Shown here: positions 37,515 to 49,464 of the stretch, one piece after another
Numbering within the stretch: the first letter of the stretch is position 1
How the letters are laid out: every line of letters begins with the position of its first letter
NCBI RefSeq assembly: GCF_004010195.1
Contig: NC_057726.1
Coordinates: 61,492,794-61,556,793, forward strand
Reading direction: 5' to 3'
Length of the DNA: 64,000 bases
Source of the DNA: Chiloscyllium plagiosum
Taxonomy: Eukaryota
Program-made: the position numbers and the translations under genes
The notes under the pieces: generated by a model
Database searches by the model: none
Seen by the model: the letters and a program-made list of their open reading frames with translations, nothing else
What the model was told of the DNA's origin: nothing

Positions 37515-38580
37515 ATAGAGTCATAGAATCACAGAAGAAATGTACAGCACGGAAACATACCCTTCAGTCCAATTCGTTCCTACCGACATTCTAAATTAAT
37601 CTAGTCTCATTTAAATGAGAGAATAATATCCCTAGAGTATGCAAACAGGCCCTTCAGCCCAACAAGTTCACACCAACCCTCTGAAGAGTGACCAATCCAA
37701 ACGCATTCCCCTACCCTATTACTCTGCATTTACCCTTGACTAGTGCACCGAACCTGCACATCGCTGAGAACTATGGGCAATTTAGCATGGCCAATTCACC
37801 TAACGTGCACATCTTTGGATTGTTGAAGGAAATCCATGCAGACATGGGGAGAATGTGCAAACGCCACACGGACAGTCGCTCGAGGCTTGAATCGAACCGG
37901 GGTCCCAGGCATTGTGAGGCAGAAGTGCTAACCACAGAATCACTGTGTCGCTGCAATTTGCTAGCACTTGGTCAATATCCCTCTAAACCCTTCCTATCAA
38001 TGTACACATTCAGACGCCTTTTAAACATTGTAATTTTATCAATCTTCATCATTTCCTGTGGTAGTTCATTCCATACATGCACCACCCTCTGCATATAAAA
38101 GATGTCCCTTAGGTCCCTTTTAAATTATCCGCTCTCACCCTAAACCTATGCCCCCTAGCTCTGGACTTACCCACTCCAGGGAAAAGACCTTGTCTATTTA
38201 CCCTATCCATGCTCCTCATGATTTTATGAACCTCTATAAGGTCACCCCTCAGACTCCTACACTCATTGGAAAACAGCCCCAGCATATTCAGCCTCTCCCT
38301 GTAGCTCAAACACTCAAACTCTAGCAACAACCTTGTAAGTCCTTTCTGAACCCTTCCAAGTTTTACAACATTCTTCCTATTGGAGGGAGACCAGAATTGC
38401 ACACAATATTCCGGAAGTGGCCTAACCAATGTCCTGTACATGACCTCCCAACTCCTTTACGGAATGCTCTGACCAATAAAGGAAAGCATACGAACACCTG
38501 CCTGACTATCCTATTTATCTGCGACTCCACTTTTAAGGAACTATGAACCTGCACTCCAAGGTCTCTTTGTTCAGCATAGG
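37515..38580 (-). mobile_element. CR1 LINE 3' part with a nested HE1 SINE (~37630-37950)
   Basis: Peptide YRTLVRPLPEYCVQFWSP...LRGDLIEV; HE1 core on the minus strand. Confidence 0.85.
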
Positions 38581-38849
38581 GCATTTTGGCAACTAATTAA
38601 TGAAGAGTAATTATAATAGACACCATTATAATGAGACCATGAGGGCATTGCAAGGGGAACTAGACAGATTTTAATCTTTTTGTCCAGAGAACATCAAAAC
38701 TGCCGACAGAATGGAGGAATACCACATAGTGGTGAAACAGTCTGTGAATGATTTCTCAAATGTAGAAAAGGCCACATTGTGAGCAGGAATTGAAAATACC
38801 AATTGATGGAAATGCAAGTAAATCGTTATTTCAATAGCAGTCAGTCTTA

Positions 38850-39165
38850 GAATCTTAGAGTCCCTACAGTGTGGAAACAGGCCCATTGGCCTAACAAGTC
38901 CACATGGGCCCGAAAAGAGTATCGCACCCAAATCCATTACTCTATATTGACCTCTGACCAATACACCGAAACTACACATCCCTGAATGGCATGGTCAATT
39001 TAGTATGGCCAATTCACCTAGCCTGCACTTCTTTGGATTGTGGGAGGAAACCGGAGCACCTGGAATAAGCACATGCAGACATGAGGAGTAAGTGCAACCT
39101 CCACACAGACAGTCGCCCAAGTTTGGAATCTAATCTGGTTCCCTGGCGCTGTGAAGCAGCAGTCA
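38850..39165 (-). mobile_element. HE1-type SINE
   Basis: Tail tagagtccctacagtgtggaaacaggccc and core ctccacacagacagtcgccc. Confidence 0.8.
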
Positions 39166-40352
39166 TTAGTGTACATGCACATGTTACTTAAATAGTATTA
39201 AAATGTATTTTGTGAAATTTATAGTTACAACGGAAAAAAATGCAATTTGATCTGGACTTGAGCTATTGAGATTCATGGTCCTGAAAGGTAATAAACCACA
39301 AGCATTTTTATTTTATTGTGCCTACTATCTGTGTCCAACATCCTTCTCTTGATAATTACTGAGCGCAATGGGGTATATGAGTTGAGATCCCTCTTAAAAG
39401 AAATGTGAGAATTAAATGCTTTGCATTAGTCATTGGGTATGGACATCACTGGCTAAGTTTGTATTTATTATCCATCCCAAATCACCCTTGCAGATTGTGG
39501 TTAGCTGACTTTTGATTGCTTCAGTCCTTTGTGTGTAAGTACTCCCATACTATTGTTCAGAAGACATTCAAGGATGTTAATTCAGGAAGAAATGAGGGAA
39601 CAATGAGGATGTAATGCAGGCTGGTGTGCGGTTTGGAGAGGAGCTTGCAGGTCGTCCAGCATCTGCTGCTCTTGTCCTTCCAGATGGTCAAGGTCATGGG
39701 ATTAAAAGTTGTTGTTGGAGATGTCTTGGAGAGTTGCTATAGTGCAACTTGCAGATAGTACACATTGTTGTCCCTGTACATCAAATGTGGAGGAATTGAA
39801 TATAGAAAGTGTTGGATTGGATGCCTTTTACATAGGCTGCTTCACCTTGGATGGTGTTGAGCGTCTTGGCTGATAGATATGCACTCATGCAGGCAAATGG
39901 AGACTATTTCATGATGCTCCTGACTTATGCCTTCTCGATGATGAAAAGGCATTCACATGTCATGAAGCAAATTACTTGCTGCATAAATCTTTGCCTTCCA
40001 ATTGTTCTTGCAATGCCAGTATTTATTTAGAGTGCTGATAAATGTTTTATAATGAGATTCATTTCAGTCATGTAAGAGCAGAGGCACCAATCTCGAATAA
40101 GCATACAAAGAATCTTACACAGTAAACTGGAGAGTTGTATTAGAGAACTTATGTACAGATATATCATTAAACAATGAAGGTGAAAATTACCATTTCACCC
40201 TCCCTTCTTACCATGCACGAGTAATGTTACATATCATTTCAATAGTTAGCCACAATAAATGAAACAGTGATAGATATCAATTGTATGGTATATGACTGGA
40301 TATCCTCGGCTTCCATCCATAAACAATTCACTACTTCTGTTTTTCTAGATTC

Positions 40353-40493
40353 TCAGCTTCTTTTGTTCGTTGCCAGCTTTATATCTGCATATACTGTGCA
40401 TTTGTCCAGAGATATAGGTGGTGATTTGTGTTTTGGAATTAGCAAGCTTCAAGTGGCATACGCCAAATTGTCATCTCGGCTTCCTTGTTTAGT
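40353..40493 (-). pseudogene. Receptor copy C, last exon: ITIM interrupted by TGA (LAYAT*), downstream ITSM TVYADI untranslated
   Basis: Acceptor tactttcacag identical to copy A. Reads TKQGSRDDNLAYAT*SLLIPKHKSPPISLDKCTVYADIKLATNKRS*, with TGA at 40449-40451. Same Tyr-Tyr spacing (23 codons) as copy A. Confidence 0.82.
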
Positions 40494-41869
40494 CTGTGAA
40501 AGTAATGTTTGATATCAATTGTTAGTGCATTGTCACTCACTACTTAAGATTATCATGGTTGAAAATAAAGGCTGTTAGCAAATTTCCTTTCAATTCCTAA
40601 TTTGCCTCATGACCTCTATCATGCAGAAGGACAAGAGAAAAAGATGCCTTGGGATGTCACTATCTCCATACTGACTTGGAATTATACCACTGCCCCTTCA
40701 CAGTCGCTGGTCAAAGTAATCAAACCTTTTCCTAACAGTATTATAGGTGTGTCAACACCACATGGAGTGCAAAGGTTCCAGACGACAACCAACTGTTATC
40801 TTCTCAAGATCAATTAGATGGGCAAGAAGTGTTGGTCTAGTCAGTGCTCCCCACATGTCATGAATGAATATGAACTTGAGTTAGAGCAATGTCGAGTCAC
40901 TAAAAACAGCATATGGCCTATCAAGTCTAAAGTCTTTTTGAGAGGTAAGTCAGTCATTCTACTCCTTTATTTGATGACTGTAGCCCTTCCCTGTAGCCCC
41001 TTTCATCAAGTGCTCATCCAATTCCCTTTTGAAACAATTGATGGTCTCTGCTTCCACCACCCTAATGGGCTATATGTTCCTGGCCAATATCACACAAGTT
41101 TCCTTGGATTTCCTCTGCATGTATTTACCAAAATCTCAAATGTATTTTCCCAAGATTTTGTGCTGTCAATTAGTGGGACAGGTTTTTCCTTGTCACCCTT
41201 ATCTAAAGCTACTATAATCTTGAACACCTCTATGATGTCATACCCTCAATCTCCTTTTATCAAGGCCAATAATCTCATCTTTTCCAAGCTGATCATGCAT
41301 CTACTATTTCTGATCTCGAATACTTACGTGGTGTATCCCATGTACACCCCCGGAGGACCTACGTTTCCTCAACTGTGATGACAAGAAGTTCATTCAGTAT
41401 TCTGCTCATTCAGAGTGCCCCTGCTCATTCATAGTATTTATTGATTTCTTTAAAAGTAGCCACTGATTGGTGGACTATAAACTACTTCTATTTGGAAATT
41501 CTTTTCCTTGCTTTTTCTCACCTCCACCCACAGATGTTTTGCCATATTTATTTTCTGAACAAAGGTGATTTCTCATGACTGTACTGCTCATACATTTATT
41601 AACAGAGCCATGTCCTTTGTTTTGATGCTGTCCTTATGTAAGGTCACACACTTTTAATATATATTATCCAGTTTTGGTTATCTTGCAAACACATCTCTAC
41701 AATGTTATCATATCGTAGCTGTTTTTCTGTAATCATGTGATCAATTCATCAAGCCTGTTACAAATTCTTGGTTTGAGACGAAAAAAACATGCAGATTCTG
41801 GAATCCAAGGTAGACAGTCAGGAGGCTGGAAGAGCACAGCAGGCCAGGCAGCCATCAGGAGGTGGAGGA

Positions 41870-44080
41870 GAGTTTACATGTTACTGAGGATTATATCTGC
41901 AATGAATGTCATTGGTTGCAAATCCGATCAGATCGAATGGATCAGTTAAAAAGATAGTTAGAGGCAATGCGGAATTTACAAGAGCAAGGGAATGTGATGG
42001 ATGGCAGTTGTGGGAAGCGGGGAAAGTCGCAGATCCAGTCACACAGATGGTTTAACTCTAGGAAAGGTAAGAGAGGTTGGCAGGTAGTGCAGAAGTCTTC
42101 TGTGACTATCCCCATTTCAAACAAGTATGCTGTTTTGGAAAATGCATGAGGTAATGGATTCTCAGGGGAATGTAACATGAACAACCAAGGTTTTGGTATT
42201 GATACTGGTTCTAATGTAATGAGGGGTACATGGGGTTCCAAGAGATCGATTGTGTTAGGTGACTCTCTAGTCCGAAGTACAGACAGATGTTTCTGTGGTC
42301 AGCAGTGGAAAATCAGAATGATTTGTTGCTTCCCTGGTGCCAGGACCAAGGGTGTCTCAGAGAGTGTGCAGAATGTTCTCATGGGGGATGGGGCCAGCAG
42401 AAGGTCATTGTACACATTGGAACAATGACAGAGGAAGGGAAAAGGATGAGATTCCGCAGGGAGATGACCGTGAGTTAGGCAGGAATTTAAAAAGGAGGTC
42501 TTCGAGAGTAGTAATATCTGGATTACTACCGGTGCTATGAGCTAGCGAGGCCAGGAATACGAGGATAGAGCAGATGAATGCAAGGCTGAGGAGCTGGTGA
42601 GGTACTGGTGAACTGGAGGTTGGCTAAAGTGGTGCCACAGTTTAAGAAAGGTGGTAAGGACAAGCCAGGGAAGTACAGACCAGTGAGCGTGATTTTGGTA
42701 GTGGGCAATTTGTTGGAGGGAATCCTGAGGGACAGGATGTACATGTATTTGGAAAGGCAAGGACTGATTTGGAATAGGCAACATGGCTTCGTGTATGGGA
42801 AATCATGTCTCACAAACTTGATTGAGCTTTTTGAAGAAACATCTCTATGATTATGACTCTAAGTTACAAAGAGGATTGATGATGGCAGAGCAGTAGACGT
42901 GATCTATATGGAACTCAGTAAGGCGTTTGACAAACTTCCCCATGGGAGACTGGTTAGCATGTTTAGAGCTCATGGAATACAGGGAGAACTAGCCATTTAG
43001 ATACAGAACTGGCTCAAAGGTAAAAGACATAGGGTGGTCGTGGAGGCTTGTTTTTCAGACTGGAAGCCTGTGACCAGTCAAGTTCTACAAGGGTCGGTGC
43101 TGGGTCCACTACATTTCATCATTTAGATAAATAATTTGGATGTGAGCATAAGAGGTATAGTTAGTAAGTTTGCAGATAACACCAAAATTGGAGAGGTAGT
43201 GGACAGCAAAGATAGTTACCTCAGATTATAACGTGATCTTGATCAGAAGGGCCAATGGGCTAAGAAGTGGCAGATAGAGTTTAATTTAGATAAATGCGAG
43301 GTGCTACACTTTGGAAAAGCAAAGCTTAGCAGGACTTATATACTTACTGGTAAGGTCCTAGGGAGTGTTGCTGAGCAAAGAGACCTTGGAGTGTAGGTTC
43401 ACAGCTCCTTGAAAATGGAGTTGCAGGCAGATAGGATAGTGAAGAAGGCGTTTGGTATGCTTTCCTTTGTTGGTCAGAGTATTGAGTACAGGAGTTGGGA
43501 GGTCATGTTGTGGGTGTACAGGACATTGGTTAGGCCACCGTACAATTCTGGTCTCCTTCCTATGGGAAAGATGTTGTGAAACTTGAAATGGATCAGAAAA
43601 GATTTACATGGATGTTGCCAGGGTTGGAGGATTTGTGCTATCGAGAGAGGTTGAATAGGCTGGGACTGGTTTCCCTGCAGCGTCAGAGGCAGAGGGGTTT
43701 CCTTATAGAGGTTTATAAAATCATGGTGGGCATGGATCAGATAAATACACAAAGTATTTTCCCTGGTGTAGGGGAGTCCAGAACTAGAGGGCATAGGTTC
43801 AGAGTGAGAGGGGAAAGATATAAAAGGGAGCTAATGGGCAACTTTTTCACACAGAGGGTGGTATGTATATGGAACAAGCTGCCAGAGGAAATGGTGGAGC
43901 CTAGTAGAATTGCAACATTTAAAAATCATCTGGATGGGTATATGAATAGGAAAGGTTTAGAGCGAGATGGACTGGGTGCTGGCAGGTGGGATTAGACTGG
44001 GTTGGGTTATCTGGTCGGCATGGACAAGTTAGACCAAAGTATCTATTGCCGTGCTGTACGTCTCTGTGACTCTATGACTC
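41870..44080 (+). mobile_element. CR1-clade LINE with ORF1 esterase remnant joined to the RT/3' region, inserted in a short PLE-derived element (41780-44160)
   Basis: IVLGDSLVR...CCFPGA (SGNH/GDSL-like ORF1), NWRLAKVVPQFKKGGKDKPGKYRPVS (RT), tail tgactctatgactc. Confidence 0.9.
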
Positions 44081-45234
44081 GAAGTCGACATTTCAAATGT
44101 AACCTGAAGAACGTTTACATCCGAAACGTCGACTCCTCCACCTCCTGATGCTGCCTGGTGTCAGTTACGAATTCTGTCTACTTCAGCAGAACAGGCCTTA
44201 GTCTGACCTTTTGCATCATCTTTTGACAAGACATGTTGACTTGTGCTAATCATACTACACATTTCTAACTGCATTTTTTATACTCTTTTAATAATATGTT
44301 GCAGAAGTTTGTGAAGGAATAATAACAGGTGAACGGCCCTGCAGTTCCCTGTTTTCCCTTGCTTTTTCCTTGAAAGTGAAGTTATATTTTCCAACTCTCA
44401 ATCTGATGTGAATACTTTTGGAAATAAGGAATTTTGTTTGACCATTGTTCACATAGATATCTTCATTTCCTGTGAAAATGTCTGTTGTCTGTGTATGGGT
44501 GCAAATATTTACTTTGGCATCTCTTTTTTTGTATACTTAATAATGGTCTTACAATCAAATTTTATATTTTTAGCTAGTTTGCTTTCCCCCCCCATTTTAT
44601 CAATTTTTTGATGCATTCTAATATCAGATTTAATTTCTTGAGTGAGTCATGGATGATTTTTGGCTGAGTTTTTATTATTTAACTAACTGAATTTTGCTCT
44701 GCATCTTGAATTGTGTCTTTAAATCCTTCCCACTGTGCATTTAAGTATCAGCATAACAAAGTTATATAATCAACCTATTTTCACTGCATTTTGATATAAT
44801 TGATATTGCTTAAGTTTATGATTGAAGTTCATGATTGGAACTTTGGCAAACCTTACTAATTAATAAAACATTATAATTATAATTAATAATAATTATGATA
44901 GCTAGATAGAATAGTTATCTATGATAACTTCATTCAGAGGCAGCTGTAAAATGCATTGCTGCATGAAGTGATCACAAAAAACTCTGCAAATTTCTCTTCC
45001 AGATTGTCCTTTAAAAAATGTAATTGACACTCCCGATGTGAAGGGTAAATTCACCCAGGACAAATACATTTCCTTTGTGTCAAGCTGCAAAGGTTTAGTT
45101 CAATGTTTGGTCCACAATATACTTTCTGTCATGTGTTCTAAAAACTGCTCCTGCTATCATTTTCTGACTCCCGATATTTCCATTTACCACGGAGTGTGAT
45201 TCTGTTTTGTGATTTTCTTTCCAATGTTGCTGCA

Positions 45235-45470
45235 ACAGGTTCGATTCCAGCCTTGGGTGACTGTCTGTGCGGAGTTTGCACATTCTCCCCATGTCTGCGT
45301 GGGCTTCCTCTGGGCGATCTGGTTTCCTTCCACAGTCCAAAGATGTGCGGGTCAGGTGGATTGGCCATTCTAAATTGCCCATAATATTAGGAGAATTAGT
45401 CAGAGAGAAATGGGTCTGGGTGGGTTACTCTTCGGAGGGTTGGTGTGGACTGGTTGGGCCGAATCGGGAA
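45235..45470 (+). mobile_element. HE1-type SINE
   Basis: ggttcgattccagccttgggtgactgtctgtgcggagtttgcacattctccccatgtctgcgtggg (B-box-like start plus HE1 core). Confidence 0.85.
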
Positions 45471-47031
45471 ACTATTCTAAAAAAAATCCTTATTATGAGA
45501 GCCACCTTCCACTTTTACAATGCTGAATTCCTCTTGCAATGTGTGTACCTTGGAATATATATTCCCCAACCTTGGTCACCTTTTAGTCATATCTCAACAG
45601 TAGCGATCCAATCAATTTACAATGCCTATATTTGTGTAATTAACACACCTATTTTCTTGAAGATGCTTCATGCATTTAGAAGAAAAGAGCCTTTAATTTC
45701 ACTACTTTACTTCTTATTCTTGCATTGACTTTATTCACAGATGCAGAACTGAAGCTAACTCACAGTCCCATCCTGTTTTTTTCAAACTACATCTCTCCAT
45801 TGTTCTATTGTCTTCATGTCTTATTCTATCTCTTTGGATTGCTCAATCTCGGTTCACCATAACTGTCTCTCTCTACTACTTTAACACCTGACTACAGCTC
45901 TTGTTATAGCAATTGTCCCACTGAGTTTAAGTCGTGCCCACATAAATGAAATGGCTTCCTGTTTCGCAAATGATCAAAACCCTTTTGTCCAACAGCATTG
46001 CTTGAACCATATGTCGAAGTCTCTAATCTGCTGTATGCTATGTCAACTGGTAACAGGCCAGAGATTATTACCTGATAATTTTTCCACTTTTAATTTGGGC
46101 ATTTACTTTTAAAACTCAGCAGAGCATTATTCCTTGCATTGGTTTCTATGACAACTAGATCGTCCCATCTCACTACAGGTTCCTTCAAGGTCATGGGGAG
46201 ATGACCTTAATCTTGGAACAAGGCATGTCACACAGCAATTCAAGTTCCCAGTGATGATGCTCATAATTTGGCGGGTTGTGCTATGCAAGTGTTTCAATTT
46301 AGCAACTAAGCACCTGGGAATTTCCTATTTTTTAAGCTGTTTGAATTATAAAGATTAGAATGAGAAGTCTCTTCTTTAATTTACCTGCCTGAAAGCAGGT
46401 CCTAGTTAATTCCCAGAGACAGAAAAGTGCTTTTCTGGCAGGGCAAGGAAATAGACATTGAGTTTACTTCATTCAGAATGTACACACAATAAGAATGTAA
46501 CTGCCAGAAGAGAGTGCAGAAGAGATTTACTAGAATGGTGTCAGGAATGGGGAACTTCAGTAATCCTGGGTAGACTAGACAATTTATGATTGAATTGCGC
46601 AGGGCAGAGAAAAACAAAGGGATGATTGCTTAAAGTTTTTTACAATTACGAGAGATTTCAATAAAGCAAAAATGAGTTCAATTGTTGATCTGTCAGCATG
46701 CAGAGGATAAATTTACAATTACTGATAGAATAACTATGGGATTTTGAAGATTTATTTTGTGGAAACCTCTATAGTACTTTTGAATATCTGGCAGAAGCAA
46801 AGTCAGTAGAAATTTTTTCAAAAATGAAGAAAAGATTACCTATAAATGCAAAAATACAGAGCGAGGGACAAAGAGTGAGGAGTTGGGCTGATTGATTAGT
46901 TATTTTCTAAGACCTACGCAACAGTGACAGTCTCCTTTAGTCTATGATTCAATAAATGTTCTCAGCTGATTGCAATACTTCTTGCTATTCCTTCATAACT
47001 GTTCTTCTATGAAGAAAGATTATGCCCTTAC

Positions 47032-47075
47032 CAGCTGTTGAGTTTCATCCACTTCCACAGAATGTTTCCTAACAC
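47032..47075 (-). pseudogene. Receptor copy C, small cytoplasmic exon (G)VRKHSVEVDETQQL, downstream of the premature stop
   Basis: Acceptor cttttctttcctttag as in copy A, donor CTG/gtaagg, 44 bp, phase 1-0. Confidence 0.78.
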
Positions 47076-47149
47076 CTAAAGGAAAGAAAAGAAATCTATA
47101 CTGAATGTAAAATATAATAACACAATTATAGCAATGAATAAATGAATAT

Positions 47150-47640
47150 ATTGAAGCTGATTCAGAGGAGGCTTACTCGATTGACATTTGGAATTAACTG
47201 GTTGTTTCATGAGGATAGGTTCAATAGACTCGGTTTCTTTCCACTGGAGTTTGGAACAATGAGGGGTGATCTGATTGCAGTGTATCAGTTACTGAACCAT
47301 TTGACAAGATGGACATAGAAAGAATAGTTTCTTTTGTGGATGAATCCAGAACAATGGGACACAGTTTACCAATTAAAGATTGTCCTTTAGAGACAGAGAT
47401 GTGGAAGGTTTCTTTTATCTTAGAAAATTGTGCCAGTTTGGAACTCCCCGCTCCAGAAGGTGATCGTTGAATATTTTAAAGGCTGTAGTACTTGGATTCC
47501 TGTTAGACAAGGGAAATGAATGGTTACTGGGGGCTAGTTGGGAATGTGGAATACCAAACACGAACTGATCAGTGATAACCTTATTGAGTGATGGTGGGTC
47601 TGGAGCAGCTGGTTGGTCGACTTGTGCTTTTAACTCATAT
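47150..47640 (+). mobile_element. Old CR1/L2-clade LINE 3' fragment
   Basis: Nucleotide similarity to LINE 3' ends (ccactggagtttggaacaatgaggggtgatctgattg). Confidence 0.6.
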
Positions 47641-47699
47641 ATACTGTATGCTTGTGGTAATAATGTATTGAGTGCACAATCAGCAATAGTGATCTGCAT

Positions 47700-48431
47700 T
47701 ACAAAGATCTAGAGCTCAGTGTGGAGTACATTGTCTTCCCAAATCCTGCCTTGGTGCTAATCACAACAGAGTAGACTCTTCCTCTTGTGGGAGAGTGAAT
47801 TGACAGTTTAGTTTGCGTTGCAAAATTACTTTCTACATAACAATTGGGAGTAAAATGAACCAGATTGACATAGTGATTGTAACCAGGTTGATATTATTGA
47901 CTGTATGATCTTTGATTGGGGTTGTAACCCTGGCTGACCAATATAAACAGGGGATTCTGGATGTCCCTGGAGAAGGAACACTTGGTGTCTACCAATAACC
48001 TAGAGGTTTTTATGATGAGGTTGGCACCATAGTGTGTGGAGTGTTTTATTCCCCCCTCTGATTCTATTTTGATTTAATCTCTACCCTTCCTTTCACTTTT
48101 TCAATCATGTTGGAATTGCCCCTAAGGAGCATTGGCTACTCGGTGCTTTTTCTTCCTGGTGATGGAATATGAATAATGTTTTCTGCACTCGTTCTTTCTT
48201 CTCTGTGTCCTACACCTCCATGCACACAATATGGGTGCTGGGGAGAAATGAGCACTACTGCTGTTTGGTGGTAGCATGGAGGATTGAGAAAAAAAAAAAA
48301 TTAACATGGGACTTAGGATCTCCTTAATTCATGGACTGACTCTGGGCTGGATGGCAACAGCCAGTGTACTGTACACATGTAAATAAAGGGCAATTTGGTG
48401 ACAGTATACCAGCCTCTGTGTCGTTATTTCA
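47700..48431 (+). mobile_element. Possible solo LTR, interrupted
   Basis: TATA-like atataaa at 47941, then tgtaaataaaggg...cctctgtgtcgttatttca ending in CA. Left boundary uncertain. Confidence 0.35.
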
Positions 48432-48855
48432 GTTAGCTATTCCGATATCACTTTAAAATGAGTTCACTGGCACTGCTACTTTTAGAACTGGGTTGGGGTG
48501 GGAGTAATTTGTTTACAAAATTGACCAATTAGTTTGAATGGGGGTTGAAATAAATCCGGTTTATATTGTCATGTTGAATTGCCAAACTGCTTGTGACATC
48601 AACTTCATTCTTTAAAGATGTAGAAAGGTGTTCACTATTCCCGTATAGTTATTCACTTTTCATCTGCTCTTTATGTCTTCTAACAAATAAAATTGGCTCT
48701 TGGAAGATGAAACATATTCAATAGAATAACAAAATAGAAGTTCATAGAAGTTCATAGAATATGCACATCTGGTATATGAATGCTGGTAAACTGTCACCAA
48801 ATATCATTGGGACTTGGAAACTAAAACTATTCAGCAAAATAACAAACATTCTTAC

Positions 48856-48961
48856 CAGCTGATGCCTTTAACTCAAGTCTTGTTAAAATGATTATCAATA
48901 GTAAAATTGCCAGAATGCCACCTGCCCATCTAGAGATAATTGAGATAATTGAGATCTTTAC
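48856..48961 (-). CDS. Receptor copy C, TM-homologous exon with +1 frameshift: reads (G)KDLNYLNYL-stop; TM (SRWAGGILAILLLIIILTRLELKASA) is out of frame
   Basis: Acceptor attctatag and donor CTG/gtaaga conserved, but the exon is 106 bp against 105 in copy A. TAG at 48930-48932; tandem CTCAATTAT repeat at the indel. Confidence 0.82.
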
Positions 48962-49464
48962 CTATAGAATTAATAACACTTGAATAAGAAACTGCAGAGT
49001 ACAGCGTGATTTAGACACAGAGAATCATGATTCAGACACAGGAAGGCGATCTGCAAAATAGTATCCCAGGACGATCACATCCAATAAACATCAATAGAGA
49101 CTGATCCTTTTTATTTCAATGTGTAGTATGTGTAAAACGATTATAAGATGTATCGCATGACATATAAGTCACAATCCCACAATACAATTTATGGAGGGAA
49201 CAATTCCATAGAGATTGAGGAATCTTGACTCCTGGTCATTTCTTAAGAGGAAAAACAGTTACACATTATTGATCTCATCGTGTTACACCAGCACCAGCTG
49301 GAAAACATCATCAGATTTAACTTTCCCTGTAACTTTTGTCAATTAATACATACATCTTGCTTTCATTTAACTCGTTTAACATGACAAAGCATCCAATGCT
49401 TTACAGAGGACTGTTATCAAGCAGTCCAGCCACATAAGGCACATTAGAACAAATGGATCACAAA

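Noticed and set aside
45055-45084. Possible extra 30-bp phase 0-0 exon in copy C (LDTKEMYLSW, ttgcag...gtgaat)
   Set aside because: No homologue found in the matching copy A intron and a weak polypyrimidine tract; probably chance.
45235-45260. tRNA gene (ggttcgattcc B-box)
   Set aside because: It is the tRNA-derived head of an HE1 SINE, with no cloverleaf.
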